A stretch of DNA of 64,000 nt from Candidatus Undivivens industriae (GTDB taxonomy: Bacteria > Omnitrophota > Gorgyraeia > Gygaellales > Profunditerraquicolaceae). The notes under the pieces were generated by a model. The model did not search any database. It was not told the origin of the DNA and saw only the letters and a program-made list of their open reading frames with translations. Position 1 is the stretch's first letter. Every line of letters begins with the position of its first letter. The stretch spans positions 10,045 through 74,044 of the forward strand of contig JAAYZR010000009.1 in NCBI GenBank assembly GCA_012514745.1, written 5' to 3'. Shown piece by piece: positions 10,090-19,737 of this stretch. The position numbers were made by a program, and so were the translations under genes.

Positions 10090-10857
10090 ATGAACAAAGA
10101 TGAGATTCCCATTTTATTCATCGGCCAGTGCAAGAGCGGAAGCAACACGCTTTTCGAAAAGATCGCCGCCGTGGAGGGATTTGTTGGCGGGCAAGTGCGC
10201 AGGGCTTCTTACCGGGCAAGGCGGGAATTGGGAGATTATTATTCCAACTGGCCGGATGAGAAGATAAACGAAAAGACCAGATTTCTGCTCGATAAGACCA
10301 TGATCGCCCCGAGTATCTTCGATTACCGCATCGGCCGTTTCCCCGAGAAAAACAAGATGATATACCAGATCAGAGACCCCTACAAAACGCTCAAATCGCA
10401 GTTCCTTTTCGCCATCGCAGGGGAGACCTGCTGGCGGGTCGGCCGTGAAGTAAGGCCCATCAAGAAAGACCGCGAAAATTATTCTTTTGATGACGTCTGC
10501 GCTGTGATCGAATGGAACCTTGAAAAGGTCACGCATTACCAGAACATCAACTATATTTTGGAGAATCATATCTTCAAGAGAGAGAATATTCTGTTTACTA
10601 CTCTGGAAAATATGAGGACAGGGGAAGATTTGAAACGCGTCGAGAAGTTCCTGGAGATCAAATTCGCCGATTACGATTATCCGTTGACCCAGGAAGGTAT
10701 CGCGCGCTATGAAAAGCTTCAGGAATACGCGGACTGGGAGGGGGTTTTCGATTCCTTTTCAGAAAAAGTCAACTCCAGGTACGTGGTCAGGGAGGATTAC
10801 GAGAAATTATCTAAGATCGTGGGATTCGATCTTGTAAAGATGTACAACATAACTTGA
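10090..10857 (+). CDS. Sulfotransferase-family protein (PAPS-dependent).
   Basis: N-terminal PSB-like loop IGQCKSGSNTL (compare PKSGTTW) and a 3'-phosphate-binding-like RDPYKTLKS (compare RDPRD). Confidence 0.5.
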   Translation: MNKDEIPILFIGQCKSGSNTLFEKIAAVEGFVGGQVRRASYRARRELGDYYSNWPDEKINEKTRFLLDKTMIAPSIFDYRIGRFPEKNKMIYQIRDPYKTLKSQFLFAIAGETCWRVGREVRPIKKDRENYSFDDVCAVIEWNLEKVTHYQNINYILENHIFKRENILFTTLENMRTGEDLKRVEKFLEIKFADYDYPLTQEGIARYEKLQEYADWEGVFDSFSEKVNSRYVVREDYEKLSKIVGFDLVKMYNIT

Positions 10858-12035
10858 GAATGATCTATTTCGACCATAATTCAACGACCCCCGTTCATCC
10901 GAAAGCCCTGGAAGAGATGCTGCCGTTCTTGAAGGAAGAATGGGGAAATCCCTCCAGCCGGCATGAAATGGGATACCGCGCCAGGGACGCGGTTGAGACC
11001 GCGCGGGAAAGGGCCGCCCGCCTTATCAATGCCGATAAAAAACAGATTATATTCACCGGCAGCGGCACTGAAGCGAATAATCTTATCTTCAACAGCATTG
11101 TCCGGCAAAACCGGCCGGAAGAAGGGCAGATCATCATTTCGGCAGTGGAACATCCTTCGGTATTGGAAACCGCAGTCTATTTCGAGTCTCAAGGATATAA
11201 AATAACCAAAGTCGGGGTTGATAGGTCAGGAGTTATCCTGCTGGATGACCTGCGGCAGGCGCTGGAAGAGAAGACCGTTTTTATTTCGATTATGCACGCC
11301 AATAACGAAACCGGCAGCATTCAGCCGATCGCAGAAATCGCGCGCCTGGCGGAAAAACGCAATGTTTTCCTTCATACCGACGCCGTTCAGTCGGCCGGCA
11401 AGATTCCGCTGGACGTCTCAAGAATCAGGATCGGCGCACTGACCTTTTCCGCACATAAGATAAACGGTCCGAAAGGTGCGGGGGCGTTGTTTATCAGTGA
11501 CCCGTTGAAACTCACTCCGCAGATTTTCGGGGGAGGCCAGGAAAACGGCAAACGTTCCGGGACCGAAAACGTTGCCGGGATTGCCGGGTTCGGTAAAGCC
11601 GCGGAACTCGCGCGGGGGAATTTGGAAAAGTTCAAGCGGATAGAACGTTTGAGGGATCTGCTCGAAGACGGCATTGTTCGGCAGGTTGAGAATTGCCGGG
11701 TTAATGCGGCGGGCGCGGCGCGTATCCAGAATACCTCCAGCATTTCATTCTATTTTACGGAAGGTGACGCGCTTGCCGCCGCCTTGAACGAAGCCGGGCT
11801 GGCGGTTTCTACCGGCTCGGCGTGCTCCTCGAGAGAATTCAAGTATTCCCATGTTTTACCGGCAATGGGCCAGCCGGCTGAATATTACCAGGGCGCGATC
11901 AGGTTCTCGCTCGGATTGGAGAATACCGGGGAAGAGGTTGAGAGGGCGGTCGAGATAGTCAAGAAAACTGTCGGGCAGGTGAGGGCGGTATCGGCGTTAT
12001 ACTGGGATCTGGCTAACAAGCGGGAGAAAGGTTGA
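10854..12035 (+). CDS. Cysteine desulfurase (class V aminotransferase, NifS/IscS family).
   Basis: SAHKINGPKGAGALFI PLP-lysine region, and SGTENV / SSREFKYSHV characteristic segments. Confidence 0.85.
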   Translation: MRMIYFDHNSTTPVHPKALEEMLPFLKEEWGNPSSRHEMGYRARDAVETARERAARLINADKKQIIFTGSGTEANNLIFNSIVRQNRPEEGQIIISAVEHPSVLETAVYFESQGYKITKVGVDRSGVILLDDLRQALEEKTVFISIMHANNETGSIQPIAEIARLAEKRNVFLHTDAVQSAGKIPLDVSRIRIGALTFSAHKINGPKGAGALFISDPLKLTPQIFGGGQENGKRSGTENVAGIAGFGKAAELARGNLEKFKRIERLRDLLEDGIVRQVENCRVNAAGAARIQNTSSISFYFTEGDALAAALNEAGLAVSTGSACSSREFKYSHVLPAMGQPAEYYQGAIRFSLGLENTGEEVERAVEIVKKTVGQVRAVSALYWDLANKREKG

Positions 12036-12592
12036 AGATGTCCGATAGAAACGGGCTTGTCATTGTCTTTACCGGATTGTCGGGTTCCGGAAAAACCACC
12101 GTGGCGCAGGCTTTGAAAAAGGAGTTTGACCGGCTGGGCCGGTTATCGTTCGTTTTGGACGGAGATGAACTAAGGTGCTTTGCTCCCGAGATAGGATATT
12201 CGCGGGACGACCGGATAAAGAGCGCTAGGTTAAAGATGAGCTACGCCAAAATCCTTTATGAGGCGGGGGTTATCCCTATCTGCGCCTTTATCCTTGGTTT
12301 CCGGGAGCAACGGGAATACGCGCGTTCTCTTTTTGATGAAGCCCATTATCTTGAATGTTATTTAAGGTGCCCGGCGGAGGTCTGCGCGCGCAGGGACCCC
12401 AAGGGCATCTACCGGAAAGCCGCTTCCAAAGAAATAAATAACGTGGTGGGAATAGATCTGGAATATGAGGAGCCTGTCGATTCTTCGCTGGTGATTGATA
12501 CGGATAAAGTGTCCGCCGGGGAAGCGGCGGCAGTCATTATAAAGCATATCGAAGAGAAAAGGATGTTGGATCGCGGTCAAGGGAAGTTGTGA
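12032..12592 (+). CDS. cysC: Adenylylsulfate (APS) kinase.
   Basis: GLSGSGKTT P-loop and full APS-kinase architecture (~186 aa); start overlaps the upstream stop. Confidence 0.85.
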   Translation: MKMSDRNGLVIVFTGLSGSGKTTVAQALKKEFDRLGRLSFVLDGDELRCFAPEIGYSRDDRIKSARLKMSYAKILYEAGVIPICAFILGFREQREYARSLFDEAHYLECYLRCPAEVCARRDPKGIYRKAASKEINNVVGIDLEYEEPVDSSLVIDTDKVSAGEAAAVIIKHIEEKRMLDRGQGKL

Positions 12593-13146
12593 AGAAATAT
12601 AACAACGGGTTGATAGTCGGCAGGTTTCAGCCGTTTCATCTGGAGCATCTGCGTCTGGCGGTTGCTGCCGCCGGCAGGGTAAAGCATCTTTGGGTCGGCA
12701 TCACCCGTCCTTTCGGGAAATGTATCCCGGAGATCGGCGGAGCACGGGCCGTCGATGGCGCCAATCCGTTGCCTTACTGGCTGCGCTATCAATGCGTCGA
12801 GTGCGCGTTAATAAACGACGCCGGTTTTTCGCCAACTTCATTTTCCATCCTCCCGGTCCCTTTGGTAAAGGAGATCATCAAGCAGATCGTTCCCCGCGGC
12901 ACCGTTTTCCTGACCACCATAATGGAACAATGGGGGGTGGAGAAGGAGGAACTCTTCCGTAAATCCGGGTTAGAAACCATCAGAATGGATCTCGGCGCTA
13001 AAACCATCTCCGGAACCATGATCCGGGACAAGATCGCCGGCAGAGACCAGTCCTGGAAAGATTTCGTCCCAAAGCATATGCGCGAACGATACGCCTCCGT
13101 GATCGAAACCTACGTCCTTAATTCCGGGGACATAATACTTAATTAA
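12589..13146 (+). CDS. NadM-like (archaeal-type NMN adenylyltransferase family) HIGH-motif nucleotidyltransferase.
   Basis: GRFQPFHLEHL (compare NadM GRFQPFHKGHL). C-terminal ISGTMIRDKIAGRDQSWKDFVP resembles NadM YSGTEIRRRM...WEHLVP. Confidence 0.6.
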   Translation: MKKYNNGLIVGRFQPFHLEHLRLAVAAAGRVKHLWVGITRPFGKCIPEIGGARAVDGANPLPYWLRYQCVECALINDAGFSPTSFSILPVPLVKEIIKQIVPRGTVFLTTIMEQWGVEKEELFRKSGLETIRMDLGAKTISGTMIRDKIAGRDQSWKDFVPKHMRERYASVIETYVLNSGDIILN

Positions 13147-13166
13147 CGGGCAAAGCGCTCCAGCGC

Positions 13167-13856
13167 ATGATAAAAATAGCTTATAAAGATATCCTTTTAT
13201 TGATAAACGGGCTTTCTTCCGTGCAAGCGGGGGCGGCGTTGCGCACAAGAGACGTTTTGACCTTCAATTCTATCGCGGTTGTCGGCTCAAGCTGCGCCGG
13301 CAAGACGACCATGCTTCGTAGAATCAAAGGTTCTCCGCTCTCCCAAAGAGCCCAAATATCCATTCCTGTCAGATACACCACCAGGCCGGGAAGAATGAAC
13401 GACGCTTCCGGAGAGAATTTCCATCTTTCGCGGACCGCTTTTGCAAAAAAAATCAGGCGGGGGGAGATCGTTTTTTACTGGAGAAAACGGATGGACGCGC
13501 GTTCCGAGGAACTGTTCGGTTTCGGGCCGCCAGTTCCCGGCGTTATCCCGATATATTCAGGCAACAACGGCCTGCTTTTTAACCGCAAGACCGTCCATCC
13601 TAAAAGCGCCTTGAACACGACTTTATTTATCGGAATCTATGCCCCGGACGAGATAAGACGGAAACGTTTGCTTCGGCGGAGCCCGGATTTAGCCAGCAAT
13701 AAACCGGCTGAATTGAAATACCGCCTGGAAGACGGCGCGGAAAAGGTGTTGAGCCGGGTTCCTATAGTTATCAATAACCACGGCCCCTTTATGCGGCGCT
13801 CGGGGCAGGATGTGGTGAAATTGTTGACGAGGATTATCCGGGGACACAATACTTAA
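13167..13856 (+). CDS. P-loop kinase of the guanylate-kinase-like fold, PhnN-like (ribose 1,5-bisphosphate phosphokinase family).
   Basis: GSSCAGKTT P-loop. RYTTRPGRMNDASGENFHLS resembles PhnN RYITRDASAGSENHIALS. Confidence 0.5.
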   Translation: MIKIAYKDILLLINGLSSVQAGAALRTRDVLTFNSIAVVGSSCAGKTTMLRRIKGSPLSQRAQISIPVRYTTRPGRMNDASGENFHLSRTAFAKKIRRGEIVFYWRKRMDARSEELFGFGPPVPGVIPIYSGNNGLLFNRKTVHPKSALNTTLFIGIYAPDEIRRKRLLRRSPDLASNKPAELKYRLEDGAEKVLSRVPIVINNHGPFMRRSGQDVVKLLTRIIRGHNT

Positions 13857-13935
13857 TTATTGGCAGCCGGCCTCCGGTTGTCGGCAGAAGGCTTGTGGTG
13901 ATTGATACGGCCGTACTTTTCCATTCATAAATACA

Positions 13936-14259
13936 ATGCCGCGAAAATTTAAGCGCAAAGGCAGGTTCTGGGTTTATATTGTGCGGTGTAAGGACGGAAC
14001 GTATTACACCGGAAGCACGAGTAATTTAAAGCGCAGGATAGGCGAGCATAATGAAAGCAAGAAGGGAGCGAGGTATACCAGATATAAAAGGCCGGTAAAG
14101 TTGGTATGGCGGCTGGAGTACCGGCAGTTCAAATCTGCTTTTAAGCTCGAGATGAGAATCAAGAAATTAACGCGTTTGAAAAAAGAGATGCTGATCCGGG
14201 GGAGACGTCTGGACAGGGTATTGGCGGGGAAAAGAAGATGCGCAAAGAAGAGATGCTAA
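13936..14259 (+). CDS. GIY-YIG nuclease-domain protein (UPF0213-like).
   Basis: FWVYIVRCKDGTYYTGSTSNLKRRIGEHN is the GIY-YIG core. Confidence 0.7.
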   Translation: MPRKFKRKGRFWVYIVRCKDGTYYTGSTSNLKRRIGEHNESKKGARYTRYKRPVKLVWRLEYRQFKSAFKLEMRIKKLTRLKKEMLIRGRRLDRVLAGKRRCAKKRC

Positions 14260-14500
14260 GGGAAGTATTGAGGATATTATGACAGAACGCGAAAAAATGG
14301 CAGCCGGCGAGCCTTATAATGCCGGCGATCCAGAACTGGTTAGCTTGATTAAACCGCTCCTGTCCGGGATTACCCGGCCAGTTTTACATTCATCCTGGAA
14401 TACATTCAGCCAAGGCGGCCGGCGGCCAGAGGCGCGCTCAATAAGTATTGGGCGTTCGGGCCTCTTGTGGTAAAATAAAATAACTTACTTCAAAGAGCTT

Positions 14501-15313
14501 ATGATACGATCGATTCAGTGTTTACATCCTCTTTTTCAGGCGTTGATCGCGGGTATCTTCACGTGGGCTTTGACCGCGGTCGGCGCGTCGCTTGTTTTCG
14601 CGGCGAAGGAATTCAGCCAAAAGATATTCGATGCCATGCTGGGTTTTGCCGCCGGAATGATGCTCGCCGCAAGTTTCTGGTCGCTTTTAGCTCCCGCCAT
14701 CGAGATGTCGGCAAGCTGCGGAATGATCCCGTGGGTTCCCGCCGCCTTCGGCTTTCTGCTCGGGACAATTTTTCTGCGTCTAATCGATAAATCCTTACCG
14801 CATTTGCACCTTGGTTTTCCGAATAATGAGGCCGAAGGCGTGAAAACATCATGGCATCGCAGTGTTTTGCTTGTTCTGGCGATAACCCTTCACAATATTC
14901 CGGAAGGGCTCGCGGTGGGTGTTGCGATAGGAGCTGCCGCTTCTGGTCTGCCTGGCGCCTCCGGTACCGCCGCTATGGCTCTGGCGTTGGGGATCGGAAT
15001 CCAGAATATTCCCGAGGGTTTTGCCGTGTCGGTTTCTTTGCGCCGGGAGAGGATGTCAAGACTAAAGAGTTTTTGGTATGGCCAACTTTCAGCGATAGTC
15101 GAACCGGTTGCGGCTGTCCTGGGAGCGGCAGCTGTAATATGGGCTAAACCCTTATTGCCATATGCGCTGGGGTTCGCGGCAGGGGCGATGATCTTTGTCG
15201 TTGTCGAAGAGGTAATTCCGGAATCGCAGCGCAATGGCCATACGGATTTAGCTACGGCAGGAACTATCATCGGTTTCTTGGCTATGATGATACTGGATGT
15301 GGCTTTTAGCTGA
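14501..15313 (+). CDS. zupT: ZIP-family metal (zinc) transporter.
   Basis: HNIPEGLAVGVAIG and IQNIPEGFAVS ZIP signature helices; multiple TM segments. Confidence 0.85.
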   Translation: MIRSIQCLHPLFQALIAGIFTWALTAVGASLVFAAKEFSQKIFDAMLGFAAGMMLAASFWSLLAPAIEMSASCGMIPWVPAAFGFLLGTIFLRLIDKSLPHLHLGFPNNEAEGVKTSWHRSVLLVLAITLHNIPEGLAVGVAIGAAASGLPGASGTAAMALALGIGIQNIPEGFAVSVSLRRERMSRLKSFWYGQLSAIVEPVAAVLGAAAVIWAKPLLPYALGFAAGAMIFVVVEEVIPESQRNGHTDLATAGTIIGFLAMMILDVAFS

Positions 15314-15369
15314 TCAAGAAGCTGAAATAACCTGTTCGAGTGGAGCCCCGCGGGCTTAACAGCGGTGAG

Positions 15370-15402
15370 TACTTTCCCACAAGGGAACACTTGCCCAATT
15401 CC
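15370..15402. repeat. Left copy of a perfect 33-bp inverted repeat (partner at 22564-22596); imperfect similarity extends ~18 bp further right.
   Basis: TACTTTCCCACAAGGGAACACTTGCCCAATTCC is the exact reverse complement of 22564-22596. Confidence 0.9.
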
Positions 15403-15479
15403 GCTAAGGGCAATGTGCTATCCCGACCGGGTTAAAATCCGGGATTTCTGGGAGAGGGAATTAAAAAGGAGGAGATAAA

Positions 15480-15959
15480 ATGGGAACAAAAGGAAAAGCT
15501 ATTGTAGAAGTGGATGTTAAAAAACTGCTGGAGATGTTGAATAAGGCATACGCGGACGAATGGCTGGCCTATTATCAATACTGGGTAGGCTCCAAAGTCG
15601 CCTGCGGCAGGATGAGGGGGATCATTGCCGGTGAATTAGCCGAACACGCGGCGGAAGAATTAAAGCACGCCGAGATGCTGACGAAAAGGATCATCACCCT
15701 GGGAGGTACTCCTCTATTAACACCTGAAGATCTGCTGAAAGAGACCAATTGCGGTTACGACGCGCCAAGCGATCCCGATACCATAAAACTCCTGAAACAA
15801 AACATCAAGGGCGAGCAGTGTGCGATTGAGACCTATAAGAAGCTCTTGGATTTTGTGAAAGACAATGACCCGATAACTTATCGCATCATTCTTGAAATTC
15901 TTGAGGATGAGGTTGAACATGAAGAGGATCTGGAGTCTCTTCTTTCAGACATGAAATAA
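15480..15959 (+). CDS. Ferritin-like diiron domain protein (bacterioferritin/Dps-like superfamily).
   Basis: E...EExxH...E...EH pattern (ELAEHAAEELKHAE ... EDEVEHEED) typical of ferritin-like four-helix bundles. Confidence 0.65.
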   Translation: MGTKGKAIVEVDVKKLLEMLNKAYADEWLAYYQYWVGSKVACGRMRGIIAGELAEHAAEELKHAEMLTKRIITLGGTPLLTPEDLLKETNCGYDAPSDPDTIKLLKQNIKGEQCAIETYKKLLDFVKDNDPITYRIILEILEDEVEHEEDLESLLSDMK

Positions 15960-15983
15960 TAGTTAACGGTGAATTGCCTGGAA

Positions 15984-16015
15984 GGACCGTTTATCTATTC
16001 AAACGGCCTTTTTTG
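15984..16015 (+). terminator. Rho-independent terminator-like hairpin after the ferritin-like gene.
   Basis: GGACCGTTT-atctattc-AAACGGCCT followed by TTTTTT. Confidence 0.5.
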
Positions 16016-16136
16016 ATTGTTACAAAAGTTTCTGATAGTCGAGAGTCTAAGAGAAAAAATAAAGAGGTTCTCCTATGGATATAGCGAGAGATAATGTCCG
16101 GAGGACGGATGGGCAGGTTATTTAATCAAGATGCAA

Positions 16137-16300
16137 GAAACCCCGGCTTGGAAGTCGGGGTTTCTTGCGCCCATAGGATAGCTAAGTATTCGCTTGTGCG
16201 ATATACCTTAGCCAATTGGAAGGCCAAGTATTCGCTTGTGCGATATACCTTGGCCAATTGGAAGGCCAAGTATTCGCTTGTGCGATACCTTCATGGAAAG
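16137..16300. repeat. Perfect 9-bp-stem hairpin (16137-16164) followed by a 42-bp tandem direct repeat, ~2.7 copies (16185-16300).
   Basis: GAAACCCCG-loop-CGGGGTTTC. Unit AAGTATTCGCTTGTGCGATATACCTT(A/G)GCCAATTGGAAGGCC repeated at 16185, 16227 and 16269 (third copy partial). Shares the core ATACCTTAGCCAA with 22494 and 22597. Confidence 0.85.
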
Positions 16301-17212
16301 CAGAAAATCGGCATACTATATGTCGCCATAGGCGCGTTCATGATAAGTTTCTCGTCGGTATTCGTGAAACTTGCCCATGTCCAGCCGACGGTTATAGGTT
16401 TTTACAGAATGCTTTTCGGAGGTATCGTTCTTTTCGCCATAACAAAGTCAATGAGAGGCCGATTGTGGCAAGGCCGGCGGCATTTCGTTTTAGCGCTTTC
16501 CTGCGGGCTCATTTTTAGTCTGGACCTTATTTTATGGCACAGGAGTATTTTGTATATCGGCCCCGGGCTGGCCACACTTTTATCCAGCTTGCAGGTTTTT
16601 TTCCTCGCGGGCTTCAGTATCCTGATCTTGAAGGAAAAAATTACATTAAAGTCGGTATTTTCCGTTCTACTGGCCGTAGCAGGATTATTCATGATCTTCG
16701 GCATAGATTGGCACGTTTTGGATTCTCTGCATAAGCTCGGCATTTTCTTTGGATTGGTCACGGCCGCGTGTTATGCCGCTTATTTGCTTTTATTGCGCAG
16801 GATTGTTTCTAAAAAAGGGACGTTTTTAGTCAATAACCTGGCGACGCTTACTTTGATCACGATCACAAATATGTTCATAATGGGGATCGCGTCGGTTTTA
16901 TTCAAAGAAAGTTTTAGTATTCCCGATACTCAAAGCTGGTTGGCATTGCTAGGGTACGGTATTTTCCCGCAGGTTTTAGCCTGGATATTTATTTCAGCGG
17001 GACTTTCCCGGATATCTCCGCTGCACGCGGGTTTGATATTGATTTTACAACCGGTTCTGGCTTTTGTCTGGGACATCATATTTTTTGCCCGTTACACGCC
17101 GTTTCTGGAAATTCTCGGGGTTGTCGTATCGCTATCCGGGATATATGCCGGCACCGTCCAAAGCGGCGCGTATCATAAGAAAAATAGCGACGAAATGAGG
17201 GCGCAGATATGA
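16280..17212 (+). CDS. EamA/DMT-family transporter. The ATG at 16094 given in the ORF track just translates the tandem repeats; the real start is probably GTG 16280 or ATG 16340.
   Basis: Ten predicted TM helices in a two-EamA-domain arrangement. N-terminal KYSLVRYTLANW repeats are an artefact of the DNA tandem repeat. Confidence 0.7.
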   Translation: MRYLHGKQKIGILYVAIGAFMISFSSVFVKLAHVQPTVIGFYRMLFGGIVLFAITKSMRGRLWQGRRHFVLALSCGLIFSLDLILWHRSILYIGPGLATLLSSLQVFFLAGFSILILKEKITLKSVFSVLLAVAGLFMIFGIDWHVLDSLHKLGIFFGLVTAACYAAYLLLLRRIVSKKGTFLVNNLATLTLITITNMFIMGIASVLFKESFSIPDTQSWLALLGYGIFPQVLAWIFISAGLSRISPLHAGLILILQPVLAFVWDIIFFARYTPFLEILGVVVSLSGIYAGTVQSGAYHKKNSDEMRAQI

Positions 17213-17541
17213 GAAAGTCCAGTTTAGATAAAATGATACGGGGTTGGTTCATAGGTAATTTCCCCAGAGCGGTTTATAGGACTACGGAATTCGAGGTCGC
17301 CGTAAAAAGTGAAAAAGCGGGCGCCCGCGTAAATAAACACTTTCATAAAGTCGCCAGCGAGATAACCCTGGTGGTCAAAGGTATTATACTTTTTAATAAC
17401 AAAAGATTCGCTGAAGGAGATATAATCGTGATCGCTCCCGGCGAGGCGGTTGATTACAGAGTTGTCAAAGACGCGGTCACGGTTATTGTCAAGGTGCCTT
17501 CGGTACAAAAAGATAAATACTATACGGAGCGGGGAAAGTGA
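17209..17541 (+). CDS. Cupin-domain protein (possible sugar ketoisomerase-type cupin).
   Basis: Small beta-barrel pattern with the HFH motif ([17 protein letters not shown]...[11 protein letters not shown]); translationally coupled to flanking genes. Confidence 0.5.
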   Translation: MRKSSLDKMIRGWFIGNFPRAVYRTTEFEVAVKSEKAGARVNKHFHKVASEITLVVKGIILFNNKRFAEGDIIVIAPGEAVDYRVVKDAVTVIVKVPSVQKDKYYTERGK

Positions 17542-18584
17542 AAAAAAGAAAGAAGATATTTATTTTAGGGATAAACGGTTTTATAGGGAATATGATCGCT
17601 GAAAGACTTCTTAAGAAAGGGGATTATGAAGTTTCCGGGGTCGATTTACGTTCTTTCAATATCGGCCGCCTTCTTCCGTATAAAAACTTTCATTTTAAGC
17701 AGGGGGATATACGGACCCATCGACGCTGGGTCGAAAAAGAGATTGCGGCCAGCGATCAGATATTACCTCTTGCGGCGCTGGTTACGCCGATAGATTATGT
17801 GCGCAGGCCGCTTTCGGTCTTCGAGGTGGATTTTGAGGAGAATGTAAAGATAGTGCGATATTGTGCCAAGTATGGGAAACGGCTTATTTTTCCTTCAACG
17901 TCGGAAGTTTACGGGATGTGCTGGGATGAAGAATTTGACGAGAATAACTCTTCATTTGTGCTTGGCCCGACCAGGATGCAGCGTTGGATTTACTCATGCT
18001 GCAAACAGTTATTGGAAAGGGTCATTTGGGCTTATGGAAAACAAGAGAATTTGCAATTTACGCTTTTTCGGCCGTTCAATTGGATAGGCCCTCGTTTGGA
18101 CAGCCTGGAGTCCGCCAGAAAGAGAAGCTCGCGCGTAGTGACTCAACTTATTTTGAGCCTGGTGCAGGGAAGGCCCATTTTGCTGGTTGACGGCGGCAAA
18201 CAAAAGCGGTGTTTTACCGATGTATCTGACGGTATAGATTGTTTGTTCAGGATCATAGAGAATAAAAATAATGTCTGCGACGGCAAGATATTCAATATCG
18301 GCAATCCCGATAACGAATTTACCGTCAAGGAATTGGCGCGAATGCTTATGGAAAAATTCAAACGCCATCCTTTATACGGCAAATTCCCTAAAATCGCCGG
18401 TGTGAAAGATATTAAAGGCAGTTCTTTTTATGGGGAAGGTTATCAGGACGTTCTCCATCGAAAACCCCGCATTCATAACGCTCGAAAGCTTCTGGGATGG
18501 AGGCCTTCCGTGAAGCTGTCGGATTCTTTAAGCCGAACATTGGACTATTTTTTACGGCAGGCGGCCGAAAAAGGGCAAGGGTAA
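17538..18584 (+). CDS. NAD-dependent epimerase/dehydratase resembling the ArnA C-terminal UDP-glucuronate decarboxylase domain.
   Basis: [15 protein letters not shown] Rossmann motif, STSEVYG, and the YSCCK catalytic YxxxK. Confidence 0.75.
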   Translation: MKKRKKIFILGINGFIGNMIAERLLKKGDYEVSGVDLRSFNIGRLLPYKNFHFKQGDIRTHRRWVEKEIAASDQILPLAALVTPIDYVRRPLSVFEVDFEENVKIVRYCAKYGKRLIFPSTSEVYGMCWDEEFDENNSSFVLGPTRMQRWIYSCCKQLLERVIWAYGKQENLQFTLFRPFNWIGPRLDSLESARKRSSRVVTQLILSLVQGRPILLVDGGKQKRCFTDVSDGIDCLFRIIENKNNVCDGKIFNIGNPDNEFTVKELARMLMEKFKRHPLYGKFPKIAGVKDIKGSSFYGEGYQDVLHRKPRIHNARKLLGWRPSVKLSDSLSRTLDYFLRQAAEKGQG

Positions 18585-18585
18585 G

Positions 18586-19737
18586 ATGAAGATAGACTTT
18601 TTTAAGCATAATATCGGGACTAAAGAAAAAAGAGACCTCTGCAAAGTATTAGACTCGATTTTTCTTACCACCGGGGACGCTGTCAGGGAGTTCGAAAAAA
18701 GGTTCTCCAAATATATTGACTGTAAATACACAATCGGGTTAATGAGCTGCACCTCGGCGCTGCATTTATCCATGCTCGCTTACGGGATCGGACCGGGCGA
18801 TGAGGTTATTACAACTCCTATGACTTTTGTCGCGACCGCCGCTTCCATAATGCATGCCGGGGCTAAACCGGTTTTCGTCGATGTTGAGCCTGCGACGGGG
18901 AATTTAAACGCGGATTTGATTGAGGAGGCCGTTACAAACAGGACTAAAGCCATTTTACCGGTCCATCTTTACGGAAATATGTGCGATATGAGGGAAATAA
19001 GACGTATCGCCAAGAAATATGGTCTTATCGTCATAGAAGACGCGGCGCATGCCATCGAAGCTCAAAGAGACGGATATAAGGCGGGTGAATTGGCAGATGC
19101 GGTATGTTTCAGTTTTTACGCGACCAAAAGTATTACCTGCGGAGAAGGCGGAGCAGTCTCGTTGAATGACAAAGAAAAATCCGGTTTAATAAGAAAACTC
19201 AGTTTGCACGGTCTAACCAGAGGGGCCGCCGATAGATACGTAGGTAAATATAGACATTGGGAAATGAATATGTTGGGCTGGAAATGTAATATGTCGAATA
19301 TACAGGCCTCGTTGCTATTGAATCAGCTCGCGAATATAGAAAAATACAGGGCAAAGAGAGAAAAGATCGCAAGAAGGTATGAAGAGGCTTTCTCGGATGT
19401 AAAAGGGATGAACTTTCCCAAGGTGCCGAAAAACAGCAAGAGCGGCCGGCATTTATTCACGATATGGGTGGATCCCAGGGAACGAGACGAGGCCCTGCAT
19501 TATCTTCAGACAAAAGGGATCGGCGCCGCCGTGAATTATCGGGCTATTCATACGCTGGATTATTTTAAAAAGGTATTGGGTTATCATATCGGAGATTTTC
19601 CGGTTGCGGAAATGATAGGCGATTCCACAATATCCCTGCCTCTATACCCGAAGTTAAGTGTTAAGGAAACGGATTATATTATAAAATCAGTCAGGCAAAT
19701 GAAGTTAAGTCATACGCGCTTCGGAATAACACCTTAA
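18586..19737 (+). CDS. DegT/DnrJ/EryC1-family PLP aminotransferase (ArnB-like UDP-4-keto-sugar aminotransferase).
   Basis: Family-wide architecture with the lysine region FSFYATKSITCGEGGAV. Confidence 0.8.
   Translation: MKIDFFKHNIGTKEKRDLCKVLDSIFLTTGDAVREFEKRFSKYIDCKYTIGLMSCTSALHLSMLAYGIGPGDEVITTPMTFVATAASIMHAGAKPVFVDVEPATGNLNADLIEEAVTNRTKAILPVHLYGNMCDMREIRRIAKKYGLIVIEDAAHAIEAQRDGYKAGELADAVCFSFYATKSITCGEGGAVSLNDKEKSGLIRKLSLHGLTRGAADRYVGKYRHWEMNMLGWKCNMSNIQASLLLNQLANIEKYRAKREKIARRYEEAFSDVKGMNFPKVPKNSKSGRHLFTIWVDPRERDEALHYLQTKGIGAAVNYRAIHTLDYFKKVLGYHIGDFPVAEMIGDSTISLPLYPKLSVKETDYIIKSVRQMKLSHTRFGITP

Noticed and set aside
12589-13146. Calling the 185-aa HIGH-motif protein an ATP sulfurylase
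   Set aside because: Sequence similarity is clearly to NadM-type NMN adenylyltransferases (GRFQPFHLEHL; C-terminal ISGTMIRD...WKDFVP) and it lacks the Sat QTRN/HRAH motifs. Sulfate activation is retained only as a hypothesis in the findings.
14279-14473. 64-aa ORF between the GIY-YIG and ZIP genes
   Set aside because: No RBS, no domain, composition like intergenic DNA. Treated as non-coding.
16094-16279. N-terminal 62 aa of the 372-aa ORF (KYSLVRYTLANW x3)
   Set aside because: The amino-acid repeats are simply the translation of the 42-bp DNA tandem array. The real transporter start is downstream.
16185-16300. Possible CRISPR array (and likewise 38506..38765)
   Set aside because: Repeat units are directly contiguous with no unique spacers (42-bp and 121-bp tandem duplications). 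No cas genes are nearby.
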